From positions 78,742,001 through 78,806,000 of the forward strand of contig CM052817.1 in assembly GCA_028534125.1 (NCBI GenBank): a DNA stretch of 64,000 nt. Reading direction: 5' to 3'. The stretch is from Lama glama. Its lineage: Eukaryota. Each line of letters opens with the position of its first letter. The first letter of the stretch is position 1. Below the pieces are notes generated by a model. It had not been told where the DNA came from and searched no databases. It worked only from the letters and a program-made list of their open reading frames with translations. Below are positions 54,701 to 64,000 of the stretch, in pieces. A program made the position numbers and the translations under genes.

Positions 54701-55839
54701 CATCTTGTCGGAGGGGCAGGATGACACAAACATTTCTAGCCCAGAGCAAGGTGGCAAGTGCCACATCCACACACAGAAAAGATATGTTCCGAAAATTCTA
54801 CCAACGACAGATCCACAAATGCTCCACAGGGAAAGAAGAGTGTGACCCAGGCCTAGAAGGAAGGGTAGAGAGGAAAGAAAGGTCACTTCCTTCATACTGA
54901 GGAAACAGCCTCCCCAGGCACTGAGGCAGGAATGAGGATGCTAGACACAGGGCATGCTGGGAGATATAAGGCAGGGAAAGTAGGATTGTCTTCTGATACT
55001 TGTTGCCAACATGAATGACTAGAAGGCAGTAGTGAAAGAGGGTCCCTTTTCCAAAAGATGCAAGCTGACCGAGAGAAGGAGAAGCACTGAAAAGCTCTCT
55101 AATCTTGAGAATAGGAACATGGGAGAAATCTTTTTAGCTAAATGTAAAAGAAGAGGAGGTACTTTTATGGAAATGTTCTAGAATTCATTTTAGTCAGAGT
55201 GTGTAATAGTCAAGTCTTTCTTAGAAAAGATTACAAAATTGTCAGAGATGGGGGATTAACTAGACACAATCTGAAGATACTAGTGATCTAAGAGCCTAGT
55301 ACTTGGGGAAGGTTTTCTTCACTTTGATGAGAATTTTGTCACTCAGAAGGGAGAAGTTTCTGGTAGAATTGGTATTCTGTTCTTAATTCCAGCCAACGTG
55401 TAGAGCGTTAATGGTGAGCTGGGAATGACAGAAAGCTTAAGAAGATTGTCACTGTGAACTCTCAGTGTGAGGTGAGGTGGAACATGCTAGGTGCAGTTAG
55501 GTGGTGATTCTAAGCTTCAAGAAACCAAGTTGATGATGTTTAAAAAGGTTCACATGATCTCTTGGACTGAGTTTCTAAAACAGAAACTGGCCAAAGAGGG
55601 CTGAGAAGCTCTAAAATTTAAATTCTTACAACACAGTAGCAGAGTATCACAATGAGGAAAAAAAAAAAAAAAGAAGCAGTCACAGAATACCATAGGATGC
55701 ATAAAACCAATATTCTGAACTCTCCTGCAGAGCAGAGATTCATTTGACTGTGAGGGATGATATATATGTATATAAATGTACAGATATAAAAACTTCTAAG
55801 AATGGGCCTAGAATAAACTAATTTTTGTGAAAAGTGTTT

Positions 55840-56645
55840 ACAGTAAAAAAGAAAAAGAAAGTTGCTCAACATCACTAATCATTAGGCAAATACAAATCAA
55901 AATCACAGTGAAATACCATTCATTCCCATTAGGATGTCTACTATTAAGAAAACAAAAACAGAAGATAACAAGTGTTGGTGAGAATGTAAATTAATTGGAA
56001 CCATTGGGCACTGTTGGTAGGAATGTAAAATTGTACAACCACTATTAAAAAAAGTATGATGATTCCTCAAAAATTAAAAATAGAATGACCATATAACCCA
56101 GCAATTCTACTTCCGGGTAAATGTCCAAAGACTTGAAAGCAAGGTCTTGAAGAGCTATTTGTACACCCGTGTTTAGAGCAGCATTATTCACAAAAACAAA
56201 AAGGTGGAAACAGCTCAAGTGTCCATTGATGGATAGGTGGATAAACAAAATTGGTATAGACATACCATGGGATATTATTCAGCCTTAAAAAGGAAGGAAA
56301 TTCTGATGCATGCTACAACAAGGATGAACCTTGAGGACATTCTGCTAAGTGAAATAAGCCAGTCACAAAAAAGACATGCTATATGGTTCACTTATCTGAG
56401 GTACCTAGAGTAGTCAATTTCATAGAGCTAGAATGTAGAATGGCTGTTGCCAGGAGTTAGGGGTACAGAGGATGGAGAGCTGCCATTTAACAGGTATAAA
56501 GTTTCAGTTTTGCAAGATGTAAAGAATTCTGAAGATTGGTTGCACAACAATGTGAATGTACTATCACTACTGAAATGTACACTTCAAAATGGTTAAAATA
56601 GTAAATTTTATGTTATGTATATTTGATCACAGTTTTTAAAAAAGG
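55840..56645 (+). mobile_element. L1MB-like ORF2 end and 3'UTR
   Basis: gctcaacatcactaatcattagg...ccatataacccagcaattctacttc...gtgaaataagccagtcacaaaaa...cttcaaaatggttaaaatagtaaattttatgttatg. Confidence 0.9.
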
Positions 56646-58709
56646 AAACAATTGCATACATAATATCATTAGAACTATGCTTTATCTGCATTATTTTATT
56701 TTATTTTTGCAATAACCATATGAGGCAGGGTTATTATTCTCACTTTATAAATGAAAAAGGAGGGCATAGAGAATATTCTGAAACTTGTTCCAGGTGACAC
56801 AGCTGCAAACTGGTTGTTAGTTTCTCAAAATTCCAGGTGGTCAGACACTTAAACCTGTGCTCTCCTTATTACAGAGCAAAAAGCTGTAAACTTATTAGGA
56901 TAAAACAAAAAGAAGGAGAGGCAGAGGATGGAGCCATGAGGTTGGTAATGAAGAAAGCCAGGCAGGTATCTATACCAGCAAACCTAGATTATAGGAAGCT
57001 ACAGCCAACTAATCACGATATTTATCTACCAGCTTTCTGACAAGAAGGGAGTTAGGACCAAAAGGAAACTATTCAAAAAAGAAAGGAAGCATAGTGGTAT
57101 GCCTGGAGAGATCAAGCTTTTTCTGGCTCTGAACTCTGGGAGGAATACACCACATAAATCTTTATATAAGAAACACTGAAGTACATAATGAATGAGGTCT
57201 TCAGTAGCGATGGACATTCTGCATGGAACCATTCATAATAGTAAATGATGCAAGCTAATGACGTAATTCAAGTCGTAGTTCTATAAAATGATTTTTGTGG
57301 AAAACCAGAATAATAAAATGCAGGTATGCTGCTTTCTGGTGATTTGGCTTGATAGGAGAAAGCTCAGGGAATGTATTGCTATTCATGTCTCATAAATGAC
57401 CAGCCTTGAATATAAATTGTAGTAGTCAGGCTTTGGACAGGAGCTGTATAGGAAATGGCTCTAAATTGAGATAAATGAGATAATCTCTGCTGTTGATTGA
57501 AAAGAGATCCATGTGCTCTGGACACAGCATGTTCACCAGTTAGTGGATTTGTTATGAAAGTTAAGGGGCTGAGCTGTGTTGTCCTAGTGTTCAAGTGGGC
57601 CCCCTCCCCCGATTCTACACGGAGGTCAGCAACAGACTATGTAGCTGGAATGCATAAGGAGATCTAACTTAATAAACGTGGCTGAAGAACTGCCACTGAA
57701 AATTCTTAGGAAATCAGAAGACGAAGCAAAACTGTGTAGATGAGACATAGGTAAATTCTCCATTTCCCCAAGAAGACAAATGGGGATTTAAAACCATAAA
57801 TTTCAGTCCAGCTCCAGTAAAATTCTAGAGTAACTTAATCCAAGGAGGGGGATTATCAACACTGGTTTTTTTTATTAAGAATAAGTTTTGTCAAAGTACC
57901 ATTTTTTTTTTTAAGTGTTGCTAGACTAACAGCAGAACATGTGATCAGGAAATACCTTGTTCATCCATGAATCTGTCACTCATTACCTGCAGGGCCCAGG
58001 TGGCTTTTTTATCCCGTCTAAGCCTCAGTTTCCTTGATTAAAATCTGGGGATTATAATTCCTACTTAAGGGTCCTATTGTGAACAGTAAGCAAAATAATT
58101 TATGTCAGTTGTTTAGCACGTTGCGTAACAAAAAGTGATTTATAAACATTAGTTATTGTGACTTTTTTCTGTCAAAATAAAAAAGCAAGCGTAGGTTTAA
58201 AACAATGTTAAGACTCCAAACCCTCAGGAAATGTTTTCATTTTCATGAAAATTCTTTCTTTGTCCCTATATGTAGTCACTGAAGTGTAACTTCATTTCAG
58301 TCTCCTAAGATTCATTCTTTCAAACACAAATGTCATTTAAGGATTCGACCAATAAAAGAGCACGAGTGATATTGTAGCTGAATGTTAGGGAGGTTTTAAG
58401 GTCCTTCTAGGGATCTTTTACATTTAAGTTGTAACCTCCCAAATGTTTAGCTAACACGTCCGCAAGTTAAGCTTTAATAAAACTAAGATTTCACACAATA
58501 CATTGCTGAAGGAATAAATGAATAATAATATGATTCAATTTAATACATGCAATAATATGTGTGCATAGTAAATGATGAGGTGATAAAAGGTTAACGGTGG
58601 TTATTTCTGAGTTGAATAAGTACAGATTTTTTTTAGTTTGTTTTGATTATAAGTATTTTCTATTTTTCCTATTATATATATAAATGGGGAATTTTTTACA
58701 TTTATGCTA

Positions 58710-58998
58710 TTTTATTTTATTTATTTTTTATTGAAGTATAGTCACCTTACAATGTGTTAATTTCTGGTATACAGCATAGTGATTCAGTTATACATATTTA
58801 TTCCTTTTCATATTTTTTTCATTATAGGCTGTTACAAGGTATTGAATATAGTTTCCTGTGCTATACAGTAGGACCTTGCTGCTTATCTATTTTATATATA
58901 TAGTACTTAGTATCTGCAAATCCCAAACTCCCAATTTATCCCTCCACTGCCCCCTTCCCCCCATTACTACTGTAAGTTTGTTTTCTATGTCTGTGAGT
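58710..58998 (-). mobile_element. Lineage-specific L1 3' end
   Basis: ttttttattgaagtatagtca...tgtgctatacagtaggaccttgc...tgcaaatcccaaactcccaatttatccct. Confidence 0.88.
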
Positions 58999-61233
58999 GG
59001 AAATATTTTGAATTTTCAAAAGTAGAATGATCAGGAATGTCAAAATCTAAAATTTTTATAATTGGATATGGACATGCTTAGAATGTATTTGTTTAAATTC
59101 TCTAGCCAATTGCAATAGAAATCATAGTCTTAAGCCTTAAGAAAAAATTATAAATGTATTTCAGAATATCCATTTATTTATTCATCAAACACACATTATT
59201 CCCAAGATATGCCACATGCTATGTTATATATTAGTAATAGAATAATATTAGATACAGTGTAATTCTGAGTGGCAGAGCCTCTTGGCCTTTCTAGAAAAGA
59301 ACAGAATCCTAAATTTTCCTAAATCAGAAGTTCTTAGTCTTGGAGGAACATTAGATTCCTCTGGGGAGCCCTTAACAATGCCAATGCCCTGGCCCCACCT
59401 GCAGACACTCTAGTTTAATTAGAGGTGATTCAGGTGCCTCTAATATGCAACCACAGCCTGAAGATAGGGTATTGAAACTGACAGATTAGGGATATGAGGA
59501 TGGATGAAGGGAAGGGGGACCCCCAGGAGGAGGCTGGGCAATGATGGCAGAAGTAGATGAGGGATGCCTAGTGCACGGGAAAGAATGACGCCCAGTGATA
59601 CCTAAGAAATGACTGTGTACCTGCTTACAGGTGTGCCCTATGTGAATGTGGCTTTTAAATGTTTTACTCAAAAGGACCTGGCCCCTTTAACAAAGGAGAA
59701 CTCTGTGCCAGCCATTCTGAAACAGGTGGGGAAAACTGCTGGAAGTTTGTGACCTAGTCCCATAAAAACAAAATTCCATGTGCATACAAGTAATCTATCA
59801 CCAATTCCAGCTTCAGTGGAGAGAAGCCTGCCAAACCTCAGTTCAAATGGGACTCGGGGGTGGGTCAGGCTAGAAAAGGCCAGTAAGTAGAAACACACCA
59901 AAACCCCAGGAGCAGAGAAGGTCACTGTTGGGCAAGTCTCAGCAATCCATAGTGAAGCAAAAGACATCCAGGAAGATTGGCGAACGGATTCTAAGACGCC
60001 TTGCGATAGGTCTAGGGCCACGAGAGTAGGCTGTGGGTATCGCGAGATCTGGCAGGAGGCGGGCAGTCCAGGCTGGGGCTGATATTACGGGCTTAACCTA
60101 CAGACCCCAGAGGGACAAAGGGGCCAGTATCTCAGGTTGGGGCCTGCATCAGAGGCTGAAACCTGAAGGTCAGTGTGGAAAACAGAAAAACAGAGATAGT
60201 TCTTTGCTACAGCGATGAATGTGATCACCAAAGTAAGGCAACAGCCTATTTGAGTCGGGACCCCCAGCCATCTTGGTTGGCAGCAGCCGCAGTTAAATGG
60301 CCACAGCTGCAGGCCCTCCAGGGCCCTGTATCAGCGAGCCCTGAGGCAGAGTGGAAATAGCTCCAAGGAGGACGGAGCAGGCAGAGGTTCCTCCTTCCTG
60401 GGCCCTTGGTGGGGGACAGCCCCTCTCTGCCCAGCGCTACACACCAGAGGAAGGTAAGTTCCTCTCCCTGGATCTTGCTGGTCCCTGAGCAGTTTGTTTC
60501 TGTGCTGAACGTGGGTGTTAGAAATACTAAAAGACGGTAAGTGCGGAATGTTGGGAGGGCAGTTAGCGGGGTAAGAAGGCTTGCAAGACAGGAGAGAGCT
60601 ACCAGGGAGCATCTTACATGGGGCTGCAAGTGAGAGGAAAAGAGGTGTGTTTGTTGGTTTGTTTTGGGGGGAGAATCACTTATTTATTGAAGAGAATGAG
60701 AAATTGTCAATGTCAACAGATGGTTTTAAGCTGAAGTCCCTGGTACACGGTATATGGTTTCATTTCAGTTAAATAAACGTTGGAGAAAGGTTTGTCTGAG
60801 AGTAGAACAATAAAAAATAGAATTAGATCAAGCAGTTACTAACAAAAGCTGACCTTTATTTAAGACGTTTTCTATTATCAATGTATTTCTTTACATAAGC
60901 ACTTAAAATTGCGCCTCCGATTGCCTACAGCCACCACTGCTACAACTACTCTATTTAAAAACAAACATTTCATATGCAGAATGATGGTTGTGAGCCTAAC
61001 TGTTAGAACAAAAATCAAGATTTTGCCACTTGGAACGTGAGTGACTTTGAACAACTCGCTTATTTCTGTCCCTTATTTCCATCAGCTGTAACATAGAAAA
61101 AAAACAGAATCGTAGTGAAGATTAGGTGAGGTTATATTGATGTTTACAGCAGTGCCTGGTACTAGCAGGTTCAGTATAACTAGAATTTGCTATTATAAGT
61201 CTAATTAGATATTTCTAAAATCTCCCTGTAAAT

Positions 61234-61408
61234 CAGTAGTTTCCAAGTTCAGCTCCATGTTGGGATCTCCTGGGGAACTTTAAGATGTCTGACACCTGGA
61301 TCCCATTCCCTGCGCTACTAATGAACTAATTTGGAAACAGCCTGGGCATCAGATAATATAAAAGCTCCCTAGGTGATTCTAATGAATAATCAAGTTTGAG
61401 AATCACTA
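61234..61408. mobile_element. MER5B-like MITE
   Basis: cagtagtttccaagttcagc...aagctccctaggtgattctaatg...gtttgagaatcact. Confidence 0.7.
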
Positions 61409-62459
61409 ATATAAATAATGACTCCCTTGCTTTAAAATAGTAAAGTTACATGTAATTAAATAGGTCATTTTTATAGTAGATAAGTTTAGTCTATCTACTA
61501 ATGACAGCTAACCAAACTGCATCTATAAAACCAAAGAAAGAACGAGCTTTGCGACCAAGATTTGGGAGGTGCTTGAGTACATAATGCTTGCTTTATGGAT
61601 TCTCATACTATGAGAAAGACCATAAAAACCATGCAAACCAATAAATAATTGCCAAATTGATGGAGCAAGGGATCATTTTAGCTGATGCTTTAAGGGAGCC
61701 ACAAGGGGGAAAGGTCCTCCCTCCTGAGGATGGTGTGTGTACTCATGCAAAGACTGTACTCAGACTCCTATTATTCATGTGAATTTGTTGATGATGAGGG
61801 TAACACGATTTCTGGTATTCCTATGAATATGTAGCCCACATGCTACTGAATTAAATAGAGATTCTCCTCCAAGAGCCACTTCTACAAAAATAGTTTTCCA
61901 GGAAATGCCAGAGTGTCAGAGAATGGGAAATCAGTTTTTAATCTCAGAGTCTGGGTAACAAATAGTTCTTTGGCCAAAGGGAGATTAAAGTGTTTGTATC
62001 ACCCGTGAGCACAGCAGAATCCAATGACTGTAGAGAGATCACAGCCGAAAAATTGTTGCAGACACGAAGGGGTTCAGGTAAGAGAGTTTGGGAGCTGCAG
62101 AATTCCTGAGGTTGGTAAGCAAGGCAGGCAGCCAGAATTTTGTGCAGTGTTCTGGAAGGAAGCAACATATTTTCAGAGAAATTGATTGCACGCTGCTTAA
62201 AGACCAAATTTGGAACAAGAAATAAAGGCTGAGAAGTTTTCTGGTTTGTGTCAGGAACTCTGAAGGTACTGATGTAAGGGAAGAGTCCTTTGGCCACATT
62301 GGTCAAAGGCAATGGTTAGTTTTTGAATGAGGTGATAGCAGTCACCCACACCTCCCGTACAACCTCCTTGTATATCCTGTATATCAGTCAATGTGTTTAA
62401 TTTCTATCACAGAAGAAATTTACAGTCAGCCTCATTAAGTCCATGCGAGAGGCAATACC

Positions 62460-62660
62460 GTATAGCATAGTCCAGCATGGCTGATGCAGATGTCCTAGGT
62501 TTGAATCCTGGCTCTGCCATTTACCCACTGGGGGAGCATGGGCATTTTCTTCATCTGTAAAATAGAGATCATAAAAGTTACTTTCTCTCAAAAGCTGTTG
62601 TGAAGCTTAAAGGAATTTGTATTTGTAAGCCACCTGGAAGAGTGCCTTCACACTGCTATA
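62460..62660 (+). mobile_element. MIR fragment
   Basis: cctaggtttgaatcctggctctgccatttacc...ttcatctgtaaaatagagatcataa...gctgttgtgaagcttaa. Confidence 0.8.
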
Positions 62661-64000
62661 GAAATACGTCTGACATGAGAAAATCTTCATTAAGCCTCAA
62701 ATTAGAAATTCCCTTCTGAATTTGTTATTTGTAGGCATGTTCCTGGGTCAAGTGTCTACCTGATAATTAAAGTCCCAACTCTGGCATTCAGAAATGGGGA
62801 AAATACAATAAGCCATGCTTCTTTTAGAAATATGTTTTGCTAGGATTATCTCTACCTGAATGAGGACTGTGTTTTAATAGCTACTTAAAGGATATCTGGA
62901 TGACAGTCAGGATGCAATTTGAGCGTATTATTTGTCTCTTACTCTTATATCAGGAAAATAGGCTGTGAATAAACTTCCTTGGATTTCTAGAACAGCACAT
63001 GACATTCATTCATTCATCTTCAAAACTGTGCAGTGTTTGTTTTGGCTGGTTGGTGGGTTTGCTAATTTGCCTTTCTGGTTTTTATGTTTATTGTTCAGCT
63101 TTTTTACAATCTGACGAAGGGACATGAAATTGCAGAAGCCTATGCCTTTCGGATTTTCTGGGGTTGGCAATGCTCAGAGCAGAGACAGTTCTTTCAATCA
63201 TGGGTCTTGGCCAGTGTCTGCTACTGGGAAAAAATGGACACACAGTCCTAAGGGGCCAGTATTTCTATATCATATAGAAGCTGGAATTCACCTGAATCTG
63301 TAGCTTGGACTCAAAGGAGTTACCCAGTAACATCCTACTCCCAAAGTGCTCTGGTTAACTGGTGATAAGCTTTATCTTTGATGGGTCAATGACTTTCTCA
63401 GCATGTTTAGTGGCAAAATACTTTTGCTACCATGTCTTAAAAAATGGCTGAGAATCATCATGGTAGAAGGATGGCTGTAACCAGCTTCTCTGGCTACCCC
63501 TGCCTGGAAAAGTAGGAAAGGAACATATGACAGCACCATGCCTTCTGGGTGGCATAAACATTGATACCCTCCCACTTGGGATTTTAATGTGTACAATACA
63601 AATGTCATTAAAAATCTGAGTCAACACATCCCAGGATTTCCAGGGACCTTTCCAGAAGAGCATTTGGCGTAGAGCCCCACTACTCCAAACTGCACCCCCA
63701 CCCCTTTGCTTTTCTCTTTCCAGCTAGACTTGCAGGGTAGGTTTGTGTGAAAACACTTGGAAATTGAAGACTATATCAAATAAAACATCTCCAACTTTTA
63801 TTTTAAAAAATCACGAGAGTGGAGTGTTGAGTTTGAGCTGTGAATAGATGTGTTGGGGAGCCTTCAAGGTCTCAATGCTGATCAGCCTACTGAGTTTATC
63901 CCAAAGTGGACTGAAAAGTTTATGGAATCTGGTCAGTTGGAGGCTGTGCTACGTGGATTGCCTAACCCAGCCCATTACATTTTATTTTTTAGACACAAAA

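Noticed and set aside
60451..60542. Two consensus splice donors (AAG|GTAAGT, ACG|GTAAGT) on + strand in a moderately GC-rich block, possible divergent lncRNA exon
   Set aside because: No supporting acceptor, promoter or ORF. Such hexamers occur by chance and the block may be old LTR sequence.
1..64000. CRISPR arrays, rRNA/tRNA genes, operon-like or novel multi-gene systems
   Set aside because: None seen. This is a single-gene mammalian locus, and apart from the items listed as findings its repeats look like known TE classes or simple repeats.

Overview
Mammalian genomic DNA, probably camelid. This is inferred from a Vic-type SINE remnant, cetartiodactyl-style L1 ends, and no ruminant Bov-tA/BovB or pig PRE1 copies that I could recognise. 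One protein-coding gene is present: QRFPR (GPR103, the QRFP/26RFa neuropeptide receptor) on the minus strand. It has six coding exons (49162-48823, 17549-17391, 13960-13899, 10304-10069, 8595-8498, 7730-7330; 340+159+62+236+98+401 = 1296 nt = 431 aa + stop), all with GT-AG introns, an intact frame and a CpG-island promoter. The rest is intron/intergenic sequence with old and lineage-specific transposable elements (L1, L2, CR1/L3, MIR, MaLR/ERVL LTRs, MER5/MER58/MER63/Tigger, a fossil ERV-L pol) and a 500-N assembly gap. I see no evidence for a new multi-gene system. The most unusual items are: a TSD-flanked mini-L1 that looks spliced (5'UTR fused directly to an ORF2 endonuclease fragment); an out-of-frame uORF overlapping the QRFPR start; a SINE lacking its tRNA core; a diverged ~215 bp direct repeat in intron 1; and an L1 with a ~28 bp TSD. 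Repeat family names come from recalled consensus sequences, not a database search, and repeat boundaries are approximate.
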